A stretch of 64,000 nt of DNA from Sminthopsis crassicaudata (GCF_048593235.1 NC_133617.1:665674958-665738957), one strand, 5' to 3'. Counted from the stretch's first letter, positions 24,321 through 37,782 are shown. The notes: a model not told the origin generated them from the letters alone. Numbers and translations: made by a program.

Positions 24321-25284
24321 TTTCAAACATTTATTTTTTTTTCTCTTTTCTCCCTTCCTCCTCCTCAAGCGTGTGGAGTAGGGCAGGAAAGGTGAACAGA
24401 AATCCCTTGTAATAAATAACCACAATCAAGCACAACAAATTCCCATACTGGCTATATTAAAAAATTGTGTATCTCATTCTATATATTAGTCCATCTCTTC
24501 CCTATAAATGGAGAGAAGAAATAAGTATTTATTAAGCAAATATTCTATGCTTGGAATTATGCTAAGTACTTTAAACATGCTATCTCTATAGAAGAATATA
24601 TTTTTTAAACAAAACCCATAACTGAAGGAAGTGCTAAATTTCAATTAGAGGCTAGTAAAAATAAAGATCCAATTTATTTTTCCCATCCAAGTTTGCAGAC
24701 CCCCTGCATTCTACCATAGATTAAGAATTCCTGGATAAGGAGAACCTGAACTCTGATGCTTACTGTCTTAAGTGGAGAGCAGAAACAGATTCTAGAGGTC
24801 TTATGAAAGAAGAATCCACAAGAAGACTCTAGGCTGGGGAGGGTAAGGAAGAGGGAAGCTCCAAAGGTAATACTGAAGTTACTAGCCTTAGTGACTAAGG
24901 AGGATGGATGTTTGGTCAATAAAAAACAGAAACAAGAAGAGAGGATCAGTTTTAGGCAGGTAAGACATTGATCTCTGTTTGGGACAGATTGAGTTTGAGG
25001 TGCCAGTGAGACATCTAGGCAAAAATATCCCCAGGCAATTGGCAAGGGAGACCTGGAATTCAGGGAAGAGATTAAAGATGAAAATTATTCTAGATGTGAA
25101 TGTCATCAGTTTCCTCAATCTATAATAAGGGAGTAGGACTTAATGATTTCTGGGTTCTATCCACTCTAACAATCTAGGAATCTAGGGGGTGGGCATGAAT
25201 GTGGCCTGTCTGTCTGTGGAGCACTGGAAAAACCAGCAGGGATGGACTGAGAACTTCCCAGCTGGCTCAGCCTCCAATTCCTCC

Positions 25285-25513
25285 TCCCTGTTTCTGTCCC
25301 TGTCCCTGTCTCTGTCCCTCCGTGTCCCTTTCCTCTCCCTCTCCCTTTTCCTCCCCGTCTCCCTCACTTTCTCTCTTCTTCTCTTTCTCCTTCTCTCTCC
25401 CTTTCCCCTCTCCATCCCCCTCTCCTTCTTCTACCTCCCCTTTATTTCCCCCTCCTCTTTCTCCTCCCCTTTTCCCTTTCCCTCTCCCTTGATCTCCCTC
25501 TCTCTCTCTTTCC
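25285..25513. repeat. Polypyrimidine low-complexity tract running into assembly gap
   Basis: Direct inspection. Confidence 0.9.
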
Positions 25514-25673
25514 NNNNNNNNNNNNNNNNNNNNNNNNNNNNNNNNNNNNNNNNNNNNNNNNNNNNNNNNNNNNNNNNNNNNNNNNNNNNNNNNNNNNNNN
25601 NNNNNNNNNNNNNNNNNNNNNNNNNNNNNNNNNNNNNNNNNNNNNNNNNNNNNNNNNNNNNNNNNNNNNNNNN
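25514..25673. other. Assembly gap (160 N)
   Basis: Run of N. Confidence 1.
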
Positions 25674-25739
25674 TAGTAGCACCTGGCACATTGTAAGTTA
25701 TTAATAGAAGCCTTGTTGACCAGAATATGATATCCCTTA

Positions 25740-25965
25740 TGATATAGAATGGGGCAGTTCAGTGCTTGTAATCAAGAAGACTCATCTTCCTAAATTCAAA
25801 TCCAGTTTCAAATATTAGCTATACATTTAATCCTGTTTGCTTCAGTTACTCATCTGTACAATGAGCTGGAGAAGGAAATGGCAAACCATTCCAGTGATTT
25901 TGCCAAGAAGGTCCTAAATGGGGTCACAGAGAGTCAGACATGATTTAAATGACTGAACAACAACT
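25740..25965 (+). mobile_element. CORE-SINE with RTE/BovB-like tail (Mar1-like)
   Basis: tRNA-like head, CORE and tail 'gagctggagaaggaaatggcaaaccattccagtg...gactgaacaacaac'. Confidence 0.75.
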
Positions 25966-27619
25966 ACAGAACTTAGAATTTATGTCAGGACTGGATGAGT
26001 CTTTAAAGAATAAAATGACAGAGCTGGAAGGAATTTAGAAACAACATCAAAGCTAGAAAAGACTTTAGGAATATAACTTGTTAAAGCTTGAAGGGGCCTT
26101 AATACCTAAAACACAGAATGTCAGAGTTTAATGGTTTTCTAGTCCAATTTTAGCATTTTCCTTGGAAACTGTGTCCTTTATAAGTGAGAAGGAAAAAATC
26201 TCTTACCCATCTCTGGATGTACCCATTGACTTTGGGCTATCCGGTTAGTTACAAATCTTTACCTTTGCCTACTTCACAAATGGCAGCTTGGATATTGATC
26301 TCTGACTCAGAACACCTTGAAGGAGACAGCCTAATTAACACCTGCCAGGTCGGGCACTAGGAGATCCTGAGATGAAAGCTTCCTATGAGATGCCACACTG
26401 ACTTAGATACCAGCTAGTAGAGGAGGAGTAGAGATAATGGCACATAAAAAATTATTGTTATTAGCCCCAAATCAAATATCAAAGCAATAAATAATAATTT
26501 GTTTCCACTAGAGCAAGACAAAGCAGGCAAATGTTTCCAACAGAAAAGGTTTGGGGAGGAGGAAGGCCAACAGAGAGAGAACAAGACAAATGGTAGAAAC
26601 TGGAGACAGGGTTGGGCCATATTCCCTAAAGGGAAGATTGTGGAAGAATTGAACAATAGTCAGAGCTGCCCATGTAATGATATTCATGTCAACCTCTACT
26701 TCTACTTCTTGACCCTTGACTCACATGATCAGCGTACTCCACTGGGTGATGTGAAAAGGTTAAAGAAAAAAAGACAAGTGATCTTTCCTGAACTTCTTCA
26801 TCAGAGCAGAAATGAAGCACCAAGACTGTATGGGACTTGTAATTGCTGGATGCTACTAGCTGTTGGCTGAGGACCAGGGTGCTATGACCTTTATTAGAAA
26901 GAAAAGAAAATAGCACAGAGGCTGTAATTACCTCTTCCCAGACATGAAGGAAGCCGATGAACCATTGTGTAGCTACTCCATATAGGAATGAAGCTCAGTG
27001 GGGGGAGAGAAGGGGGGAAGAAAGTCTCTTATGGTGATAGGAGGAATTTCATGGATGCTGAGAATATCAAAGCTAGAAAACTTAGAATATTAAAGCTGGA
27101 AAAGACTTGAGATGATTGAATGTGAGAATGGGAAAACCCTGAGAACATAGAATGCTATCAAACTGGGGAAGACCTAAAGACCTAGAATATTGGTGCTGGA
27201 GGAAACTTTAGAGATCTAATCTGATTCCTTCATTTATTTTACAGAGAAGCATACCCAGACCCTTAAAGGGGTGCTGACTTCTATGATTCAGGGAAAATCT
27301 GAAACTAAGATGGTCTCAACCCCCAATTTAGCATCCAAATATTTATTTTATTATCTTAGCCAGATGACAGCAATTGATCTCCATTGAAGCACATTGTCAA
27401 GTGAATAATGAACCTACTTTTCAAGGTGCTATGAAGACAAAAGAAATTATCTTCTAACTAGGGACTGGCTCTTTTTCAGAGGCAAGTCCCTTTTGATGAG
27501 AGTTCAAATGCTGTGATCTCTATTTATGTGTGTATGTTTATGTGTGTATACACACCTGTGTGTACATGGGTACACACATACTATGGGTAGAAAGAAAATA
27601 GGATATTTGCTTGCATTTT

Positions 27620-27850
27620 GTTTTTTCTCATTTTTTTCCTTTTGTGATCTGATTGTTTTCTTGCACAGTATGCTATTTGTGGAAATATGTATAGAGGAAT
27701 TGCACATGTTTAAAATATATTGGATCACTTGCTGACTGAGGAGGGGGTGGGAGGAAGGGAGGGAAAAAAATTAGAAGGTTTCCATGATGATCCATGTATG
27801 TATTTTGAAAATAAAAAGTTTTAATTAAAAAATGAAATAAAATATGGGAA
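27620..27850 (+). mobile_element. L1 3' end fragment
   Basis: 'tgatctgattgttttcttgcacagtatgctatttgtggaaatatgt...gggaggaagggagggaaaaaaattagaag' followed by an A-rich tail. Confidence 0.7.
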
Positions 27851-28379
27851 AAAAGAGAACAGGAGATGGCCCGATATCCTAAGGACATTTCTAGGACAAT
27901 TCTAATCTAAAATTGAGTTTTAATCTAGAAGTCATTCTATGTGCAATGAAAGGAACTGAGGAAATCTAGCCTGCAGAAGGATTATTGAACCAGGGATTTA
28001 GAGAAAGGCAGAGTCATTCAATAAATATTTATTAAAGTATTTATTTTTAAAAATAAATTTTGAAAGCACCTACTGTGTGCCAGATACTATATTAGTGATA
28101 GGAATTCAAAGAAAAGTAAAAAACAGCTCCTGCCCTCCAAAAGTTCATGGTATAATGGGGTGGGGGGGTAGAGAGACAATAAATTGGCTAGATTGGGACT
28201 AATAAAAATAGGAAAGGTACTACCAGTAAGAATTAGGAAAGACTTCCTGTAAAAGGTCAGATTTGAGCTGAGAATTAAAGGAAGCCAGGGGGTGGAGATG
28301 AGGAAGAGAACATTCCAGTATGGAGGACAGCCAATGAATATGTCTAGTGGAGATCAAGATGGGGATGGAAGTGGCCAAT

Positions 28380-28700
28380 GCAGGGGAACACTATGGTAGC
28401 TGACTCCCACTATTTGAAAGGCTGATGGAGAGAAGAGAAGAGAAGAGATTTGTTCTGTTTGATTCCAGAGGTCAGAACTAGGAGGAATTGATGGAAGTGG
28501 AAGGAAGCCAGATCTTAGAAGCACATACTGAAAAACTTCCCAACAGCTGCAGCCCTACCAAAAATGGAATGGGTTATTTTATCTGGTAGTGAGTTTCCTG
28601 TCCTTGAATGTGTTCAGCCGGTCAGGGAAGAAGTGGCCTAAATCTGCAATGCTCCTTCAAGTTATGAGAACAATTCTGAGATTCTGAGATGCTAGTTCTG
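28380..28700 (+). mobile_element. CR1/L3 3' end fragment
   Basis: 'tatttgaaaggctgatgggagagaagag...gatttgttctgtttgattccagagg...gtagtgagtttcctgtccttgaatgtgttcag...attctgagattctgagat' resembles the CR1/L3 tail. Confidence 0.6.
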
Positions 28701-29499
28701 CATTTCCTGCTTCCTTTTCTCGATTTGAAAATCCTCCAATGATGGTTTAGTGATGGGAACACTGGATTTGAAGTCAGACGGCCTGGTTCATAACCTTAAA
28801 GGTCTTGAGCTAGAAGAATGCTTAGAGGTCATCTTGTTCAGCTTCCTTATATTTTAGAAATGAGGAAACTGAGGTCCAGTAAATTGCCCAGAAAGCAGCT
28901 TTCCTGAGGTCACACAAGGACAGTGATAGAGACCCTGGTCCCTAATTCCAAATCCAGCATTTTCCCCTCTGTGCCACTCTACATCTGCAAGGGTGATTCA
29001 TACCCACCAGGCACATAGGAAACCAAAAGAACACCATTTTGGTTTCTTTTGCTGGAGTGAATTAGGAGTGAAAAGAGACATGACTCCTTAGACTCAGGCC
29101 CAGAGTCCTGGCCTTCCCAATTTTGGGGGTGGGGTAGGGGAAAAGGAGACAAGGTGGGGAATGAGGAGGAAGAAACCCATTTCACAACCCCTTTCCAAAA
29201 GTCTGGAAATCAAATGCTTCCCTCCCCACCTCCAGCCCCACCCCCAATTGCAGACAGAAGTCCTAGAACAGGTCACCAGAATGATCTTGTATGGTGGAAA
29301 GAGTTCTGGATTTGGGGTCTTAGTTATGATTTTTATATCTATGTGACCTTGGATAAGTCACTCACCTACCCTCTTGGGGCCTCAGTTTCCCTCTCAGTAA
29401 AATTTGGAGATTGGATTAGATGATTTCTAATATCCTTACTAACTCTAAATCTTAAAATCCCCCCTGAGGAAAGTTTACAGCCGATGACCCCCCAAAGGG

Positions 29500-29730
29500 A
29501 GGAAATGGGGCGGGATTGGGGCCAGTTCACAGGTAGTTGAGACAGGAGGGGAATAACCATATAAAAGAGGCAACAATGGGCCATGGGGGGGGGGGGGACA
29601 TGGGCTGGGGCTCTGCAATGCCTTCCTGGACTTTCTGCTCCTCCTATCCAAACCCCACCCCTGAAAAACCTCACACCCATAGTGCCCAGGAGGTGGGGGA
29701 GATGTGGAGCTGGAATCAGCTTTGATGTGG
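29500..29730 (+). promoter_or_regulatory. Candidate TATA-type core promoter
   Basis: GGGGCGGG at 29507-29514, inverted CCAAT (ATTGG) at 29515-29519, TATAAAAG at 29560-29567, AACAATGG at 29572-29579 and CTTTGAT at 29720-29726, in non-repeat sequence. Confidence 0.35.
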
Positions 29731-32154
29731 CCGCTTAGGGCAAGCACCCAGGGTCTGGGGTCTGAGACCTGGGGTCTGGGAGGAAGGAGGCCAGTTCTCC
29801 ATGACAGGCTTGCTAAGTAACCCTGAGACAATGTTCTTATTCTCCTTCTCTTCTATCTTCCCTCCCTTTTTTTCTCTTCTTTCTTTCCCACCACTCCCTC
29901 TTTCTCCATTCCTTTCTTTTGTTTCTTTCTTTTTACTAAACTCTTCTCCAGGCCTTTGGGTCCTCTCAAGGATAGGGAGCAGATTCCTAATCATCACCAC
30001 CACTTCTCTCCTCTTGCTTTGGGCAGAATATATGCCCAATTGGGGAGGGGCATATTTTTCTGGGGCCAGATTAGAGAGACAGGACCCACTTCTCTCAAAA
30101 AGCATCTTTACCACCACTCAGAAAGGTGAACATGCCCTCCCTTGATCCCCATCACTACCATCTTTGTTGACAAAGGATACTTTTTCAGATGTAGGTTGGA
30201 GTATATGACTATTGAGGTCCCTTTTAACCCTGACATTCTCTGAAAGTCATGATCCCAGTCCTAGAAAGTCCCTGGGAGACAGAACCCATCACAAAGACAG
30301 ATGTTTTCATAAATACTCAATCAGTAAGGCAAAAAACAGTTCAAATCTGAGAAAATGAATTCATAATTACCCAGGGAGCTATGACAAAATAGGACAATTA
30401 GAGAGTGGAATTCATTAGGGAAGGTTCCTAAAAGAAGCTCAAATGTTAGTAGTTAGCTGGAAGAGCCTACAGGACGCAGATTGTCAGAGCTGGGAGAAAT
30501 CTTAACAACCACTAAAGATATGCAAAGGGAATCTGGGGAGTCTTTCTAAATGTTCCTCCCTTACTACAGAAGGATCTAGGCTGTCTTGTGCCTTTGTTTC
30601 TCTTCCTACAAGGAAAGATGGGGGTGATATACAGAAAAGCCCTAGAAATGAAAGGAATTTGTATTAGGTGAAGTGGGGGAAATTGAGTACTTGAATACTT
30701 GAAAAATTGAATGGGACTAATCCAGTCCTATGTTATGGGCCCAAACCCCAACCCAGCCAGTGACTTGAAAGGGAAAGAACTTGGGTTCAAATCAAAACTA
30801 AATTATGGATAGATGTGTGACCTGGATCAAATTAGTTGTTCTTTGGGGTCCTCGGTTTCCTTCTCTGTTAAGTGGGAGAATTTCTAAGGGCCTTCCAGTT
30901 ATCAATCTCTGATTCAAAAAAAAAAAAAAAAAAAGGTGCTTCTCTCACCTCCAGAACTTCTATCTCTGCCCTGATGGGTAACTCATTCCATTAGCCCACT
31001 ATTTCAAGCAGCTCTTTGCCATGTTATTCTTCACTCTCTATTCCCCTCCATCTCTTTGTCACCCTTACCATCCCAACCATCTCCAATTCTGGAACCATGG
31101 TCAGATAAACCCTGTCATTTTTATTGTTTGCTTGCATTTTGTTTTCTTTCTCATTTTTTCCTTTTGAATCTGACTTTTCTTGTGCAACATGATAATTGTG
31201 GAAATTTGCATAGAAGAGTTGAACATGTTTACCTTATATTGGATAATTTGCTGTGTAGGGGAAAGGGGAGGGGAAAGGGAAGGAAAAAATTTGGATTGAC
31301 TCACCCCTTTCAAAAGCAGTGACAGGGTTTATTTATTCACTCCCCCATACCTCCACTTACCATCCCTACACCATTCTGGACAAACATGCCCTCCCTGGCT
31401 TGCATTTTTCAATGTTTGTTGATTTCCACATTAGAATGTATGCTCCTTGAGAGCAGGCACTTTCGTGATTTGTTTTGAAGCCCCAGCACTTAGTTTTTGA
31501 CATTTACTTTTATAAGATTTTGATTTCCAATTTTTTCTATCTCTTTTCCCTCCTCTTTTCTCAAGAAAGTAATCAATCTGATGTAGGTTATACATATATC
31601 ATATTAAACATATTTCCATATTAGTCATGTCATGAAAGAAGAATCAGAACAAAAGGGGAAAATCATGAAAAAAGAAAAAAAAAAGTGAAAACAGTATGCT
31701 ACAATCTACAGTAGTTGGTACCAACGGTGCTTGATAAATGTCTTTTCATTCATTCATTCATTTTCAGCCATGTGAAAGTTATTTTACCAATCAGAGTAAA
31801 AGCTTCCCAAGATCAGGAACTATGTCACCCGAGGCTTTGCATGTTCTCCAATGACTAGCACTGGATCCAGTACACTACAGGGCCTTAATAAATATTTATT
31901 GGGAACTGAGAATGGATCATAACATAGTATTATTGCTTGCTTGTGTTTTGTTTTCTTTCTCATTTTTTCCCTTTCTGATATGATTTTTCTTGTGCAGCAA
32001 GATAATTGTATAAATATGTATACATATATTTGATTTAACACATTTTTAACATGTTTGATATATAATGGATTACTTGCTCTAGGGAAGGGATGGGAGAAGG
32101 GAGGGAAAAATTTGGAACCCCAGATGAATGCATATGTTTTTGTTATTAAAAAAA

Positions 32155-32415
32155 ACTAAAAAACATGCACAGCAGAGAACAAAAGAATAATCTACAAAGA
32201 AGCAAAGAAAAGATGAACACTCATGAATATATTTCTTCTATTATCATATAATTAAAAGAGAAAGTTATTGTTATATATTTTAAATCCTTCCTGATGTTTT
32301 GCTGGGCACATGACGTGTTTTGTCATTTTGTTTTTTAATTTATTTTTTCTTTTTTTTCTATTCTTTTTTTTCTTATTTTGTATTTAGTTCAACAATTAAA
32401 AAGGAAAATAAATAC
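32155..32415 (+). mobile_element. 3' end of the same HAL1-like family as 19273-22195
   Basis: Aligns by eye to 21930-22190 ('atgcacagcagagaa...gaaaagatg.acactcatgaatat...aatcct.cctgatgtt'). Confidence 0.75.
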
Positions 32416-32679
32416 ATAAATGTTTATTGATTAATTCTTGTACCTCTTATGATAGTTGCTTATCAGTGTTGCTAATGAGGGCATAATTTGCCAGCTCTTT
32501 ATAGCCCATATAAAAACTTGGTGTAACTTAGACTTGATTGTCTCCATACAACAAGAACATGTTATCCCAAAAGAAATCCCAAATCTAATTAAGTCAAAGT
32601 AGAATCTCTTATTTATCTTCCACCAGTCCTTTTAAACTCTGTCCTAGATAAGATATCCCACCAATATCTTCACTATCAC

Positions 32680-32825
32680 CATCATTACTATAATTAATAG
32701 ACATTAATAGACCTATTATCATTATCTTCAACATCACCATCATCATCACAACCATCATCATTTTCACTATTATTACATCAATCACCATCATCTTCATCAC
32801 CTTCACCAATAGCGTCATCACCACC
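32680..32825. repeat. Degenerate (CAT/CAC)n trinucleotide tract
   Basis: Direct inspection. Confidence 0.8.
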
Positions 32826-35800
32826 CACAACGTAAGGGGAAGAATGCTATACTTAAGAGTCAGAATGTATCTGGCATGAACTAATTTTGAGTGAAGTGAG
32901 CAGAACCAAGAAAAGAACATTATACATAGTAACCACAACATTGTGCAGATGATCAATGTTAAAAGATTTTGGTCTCCTCAGCAATACAATCATCTAAGAT
33001 GGTGCAAAATGCTACCCACATCCAGAAAAAGAACTATGAAGTCCTGATTGGAGAGACCTTTTAAGGCTACCTTTTTAACCCTACTAAATTAAATTGTGTT
33101 TTTTTTAAATAATCAACAAATTCAATGGAAATTTAAAGTCTATAAACCTTTTCAGTCATTTACTAAAATATACAATGTCGTAGAAAATAATTTGTAAAAT
33201 CTGCCTGTTCCTTTTTCATATTTACTTCAAGGATAATCCTCTTTGTTGTATGTGCATCTTTATTCTCATAAAGATTTTAAAAAGACAAGAAAGTAGGCAT
33301 ATGTTTAAATAGTTGTTGTCTGTTAACTTTTAGAGTAATAATATTACCTGAGATTTTTCCAATCTTTTTGCATCTCCCTATGATAAAAAAAATTCTTTCA
33401 GGCTTTTAAAATTATATATTTCCAGCATAGATTTCCTGTATATTCTAGACCTTTTCCACCTGATCTTCTCAGATTCACCTTATCTATTTATCATGTTAAC
33501 TTCTTTATATAGCACTTTAGGGGCCAGGATACAAGAGCCTAAATGTTATGATTCCATTGTTATTAAGAATGAAAATAGAGATTTATTGCTGAAATGTTTC
33601 AGACTCTTCACGACCCAACTCCCTTTGAGTTTTTTTTTGTTTGTTTTGTTTTTGTTTTTTTGGCAAAGATACTAAAGGAGTTTGCCATTTATTTCTCCAA
33701 CTCATTTTACAGTTGAAGAAATTGGGGCAAACAGGTGAAGTGATTTGCCCAGAATCATACAGCTAGTAAGCATCTAAGGTCAGATTTGAACTCATGATGA
33801 TAAGTCTTCCTGATTCTAAACCCAATACTTCACTGTGCCATTTAGCTGCCACAAATAAAACACTAGAGAAACATTAAAAGATCTATTCCATTTTCTGCCT
33901 ATTCATTGTCTTTCTTCCAGCATTATCAAAGAATGTTTTTGGGTCACACACCAAGACATCTGTAGACTTTTTTTTTTTTTTTTTTGCCTCCACTAATTCC
34001 CCCTTTGGAATTTATTATAGATAATACAGGCTAAAATTGCATTTGAGAGGTATACACAAAATGCCACATAAAGTCCCAGAAAAAGGCAAATGACCTCAAG
34101 AACCTGGGAAAGCTTCCTGGAGGAGGTGGCATTTCACTTGAGCTTTAAAGGAATCCCACAAATAAAGATGGAGGACATGGGGGCACTCTAGGTCTCAGGA
34201 GCAGTATTAACAGAGGTATGGATACATAAAATTTAGGTAAGTAATCTGTGATAAGGTTGGTAAGATAAAGACAGGTTTTGGAAAGCCACAAAGGCTAGGA
34301 ATAGAAGTTGGAACTTTACTCAATGGACAGTAAGAAATCATGAAAAGGTTTAGATCAGAAGAATGATCTGACCGGCTCTTTGCTCATTTTGACAGTGTGA
34401 GGATGTCCCTCAGTCACAACTGCCTGTTGCTCCCAGGAGCAGCCATCAGAGACTGACAGTTACACCTTTCCTATCTCCCTTTTGGAGATCTGCAGGAAGT
34501 AGTTTAGGGTAATTTGCATATCTAGACAAGTTGCCACAAAAGAAGATGGAAGAAGGAAAATTCAAAGGAAAAGGTTCAAGAATTTCTCTCCAAATCCCAA
34601 AAGACTTAGCAGAAGACTAAATGGAAGGTACCACACCGGTGATGAGAGAAGGAAAATGATAGAGGATCTATCTGGAGTGGAAAACAGAAATCCTTTTGAA
34701 TGGTTCAAGAAAGAGACATTCCCATAGACCCCTGAAAAAGCCATTTATGTGGAGGGAGCTGCTTTTCCATTTTGTTATTTTGTTTTGTTTTGTTTCAGTC
34801 CTGCTGACTCTTTTGACCTCATCTGGGGCTTTCTTGGCTAAGATACTAGAATGGTTTACCATTTCTTTCTTCAGCTCATTTTGCAGATGAGGAAATTGAG
34901 TGAAGTGACTTGCCCAGGGTCACACAGTAAGTGTCTGAGATTGGATTTGAACACAGAAAGATGAGTTTTTCCCTGACTCCAAGCCAAGCACTCTATCCAC
35001 ACCAAAAAAGAGGAGTAACTACTCTGAACCTACAAGATAAAGAGAAGCCATAACACTGTCCACTGAGGCTCCAAACTAATCCTTCCATGAGCCAGCTGTT
35101 AGAGAACTGGTCTATAAAGGAACTGGTTAGCACTATCTTCAGGAAGAGAATTGAACATTGAAAAAAGAATGCCTAAATAGGACCCAAAATACAGGAGTAT
35201 AACATATATACCTCCCCTTTGATGGGAAGGAAGGAAACAAGTAATTACTTAGTATCTGCAAATATCTCTTTCAATCCTCACAACAATCCTGAGTGAAACA
35301 TGCTATTATTATCTCCACTTACAGTTGAGGAAACTGAGGCAGATAAAAGTCAAATATCTTGCCCAAGATTACATAGTTAGGAAATTGTGAGGCTCTTTGG
35401 AACTAGAATCTTCTTGAATCTAGGTATAGCATTCTACCCATTGAGTGATCCAGCTACCTCATGATGGTGTGGAAGAGGGGCATCTATGGCAATTACTCTT
35501 CGACATCCAGACAGTACAGGTCCCTAGGGGTTAGGTGAGAGAGAGAGGGTATCTTGTCATTCTACTGGCATGGATTTCCCCATCTTTTACTGTTTAGATA
35601 AGGATCGTTCTATATTTTAAAGTTCTAGCCATTTGAGTGTTCCATAAGGGAGCTTGGCAGTACCAAGTACTAAGGTTCCCCCATTCTGCCGGGATGAGGA
35701 TAAGAAGTCACAGAGAGAGGAGCCCCCCAAAGTGTTCCTGAGACTTTCATCCCTTTACTCTTTGAGAGCAGGAAATGTTTCTCTTGTCACTGAATCCTTG

Positions 35801-36679
35801 GCACCCAGTAGAGTACCTTGTACATAGTGGGCTCCTAACAAATGTTTATGATTGATTACAGGTAGATTGAAAGGGGAAGATGCTAAAGACAGACTGTCCA
35901 GAGAAGAAGCCATAGTGACCATTCAGGCAGGAAGTGAAAGGGGTCTGAAATCGGGGTTAGCAGTAAACAATGAGAATAGAAATGGGGAGGAGGGAACAGA
36001 GTTGAGAACTATTAGAAAGGAATTGGTGTCTGATTAGATGGGGGGACAGGAAAGAGTCAAAAATAACACTTAGGTGACGAACCTAGGTGAGCAGTATTAT
36101 TGTCTACCTCACATAGGTGTGGAGAGGGAGATGCCCTGTAATCAATAAAATGTTATATAGGGTTACCATTTACAGAAATAGACACCATTGGTTTCAGAAC
36201 AGCAAAATGAAATCGAAACCCCTAATTTTACAGAGGAGGGCAGTGATTTGTCCAGCTATGTGACTGTCAGGAATAAAATGCAAGTTACCTGACTTGGAGC
36301 TCAATGCTGCTTCCACTATAGAACACTAGCTCCAGTTAGTATCCTTGCTCCCAAATGTGGCTTTTATCACCATTCTGTGACTATTCCTCCTGGGCTGTTG
36401 ATCCTGATTATCCCTTTGGTTTGACTCTTGCATCCATATTCCATCTCTCTCCTTTCTCCATCCAGTATCCTGGTAGGGTCTTTGCCCGACTCACCTTGCT
36501 AGGGGCAAAGGGAAGGCAAAATCTGGGAGAAGTAGGAGTGGGAAAATACAACTAGACACTAGGGTTATGAGACAGAAGACGCCTTCACTGGCAAGAAAGA
36601 TGGGTCGAGATACGAGCCCTGGAGGAAAAGTGGTCTGGTCTGTCAGGGGGCTGGGCGCCAGGCATTCCTGGCTCCTCTG

Positions 36680-36765
36680 GATGACTCAGTGGGTGGCCAG
36701 CAAGATGCTGAGTGGATTAGCTAATTAACCATTGTAAAGGGCTTTGTAAACACCACATGTGCTGT
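36680..36765. promoter_or_regulatory. Dense TF-motif cluster (candidate enhancer)
   Basis: TGACTCA at 36682, GGATTA at 36714, TAATTA at 36722, CATTGT at 36730, GTAAACA at 36746 and CACATGTG at 36754, all within 80 bp of non-repeat sequence. Confidence 0.4.
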
Positions 36766-37245
36766 GGGCTAGAAGTGGTATTATCTGCCAGTAATAATAA
36801 GACCTGACATTTCCCTTTCATCTAGAGGTGGTAGGAGCACCAGATGGGTACTTCCTACCCCTAGTTCCATATACATTGCCTTCTCAGCTGCCAGATCATT
36901 GAAGATAGATTACTGAGCCTGGACCCCATTCTCCAGAAGCAAAAAACTGAGGCCCACTCATTTGTTGGAAGTTTAAATCAAATATCTCTGTCTGGGATTC
37001 TGAGAGAAAAAAGCAAAGAAGATCTAATTCCAAAATAAGGGAAAGGAGGGAGTTACTCCATCTCTCATTACACAATATGGCTTTGAGAAAATGGAAGCTT
37101 AAGACTGTTGAGCTAGGGAAAACCTCAGATCTCAATAATCTTGTCTATCCCTCTGCCTTTATGTCTCCTTTGTCCAGGATTAGAGAAAGGGTTCCAAGTC
37201 ATTTGAAATCTGTGACAGACTATCTTAGGAATGTTTTATTATCTA

Positions 37246-37440
37246 AGCGAAGCTATCTTAAACTGTGGGTCATGACCCCATATGGGGTCACATAACTGAA
37301 TGTGGGGGTCATGAAATTATAATTTATTATGAGTAAATGTTTGATTTGTACACCTATTTTATATACCTATATACCTGGGGTCGTATAAAGATTTCTCAAG
37401 CAAAAAGGGGACATGAGTGGAAAAAGTTTAAGAAACCCTC
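37246..37440. mobile_element. hAT-type MITE (degenerate TIRs)
   Basis: Left '...tcttaaact' and right 'agtttaagaaaccct' are inverted termini; internal 'gggtcatgacccc' palindrome; ~190 bp. Confidence 0.55.
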
Positions 37441-37444
37441 ATCT

Positions 37445-37751
37445 AAAAGAGAGAAACAGAGACAGACAGAAAGAAAGAGAAAGGGAGAAAACAGGGACAG
37501 ACAGATAGACAAGGAGAGGTAGAAAGAGAAAGGGAGACATTAACAGAGAGAAAAAGGGAGAGAGAGACAGAAACAGAGACAGAGACAAAGAGAGAGAGAG
37601 ACAAGATAGAAAGAGAGAGGAGAGAGACACAAAGAGACACAGATACAGAGAGAAAAAGAAAGAGACAGAGAGAGAGAGAGACAAAGAGACACAGATACAG
37701 AAAGAGAGAGGGAATACAGAGACAGACAGACAGACAGACAGACAGAGAGAC

Positions 37752-37782
<31 letters not shown>

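Noticed and set aside
25189-25704. Long Leu/Ser/Phe- or Glu/Arg-rich ORFs here and at 16197-16502, 37443-37860 and 48372-48937
   Set aside because: Translations of CT/GA microsatellites, in one case spanning an N-gap.
33060-33500. AT-rich segment faintly resembling a hAT transposase C-terminus on the - strand
   Set aside because: Similarity is too weak to support by eye; it needs a profile search.
34511-34520. Octamer motif ATTTGCAT
   Set aside because: An isolated 8-mer is expected by chance in 64 kb, and there is no supporting cluster or snRNA gene.
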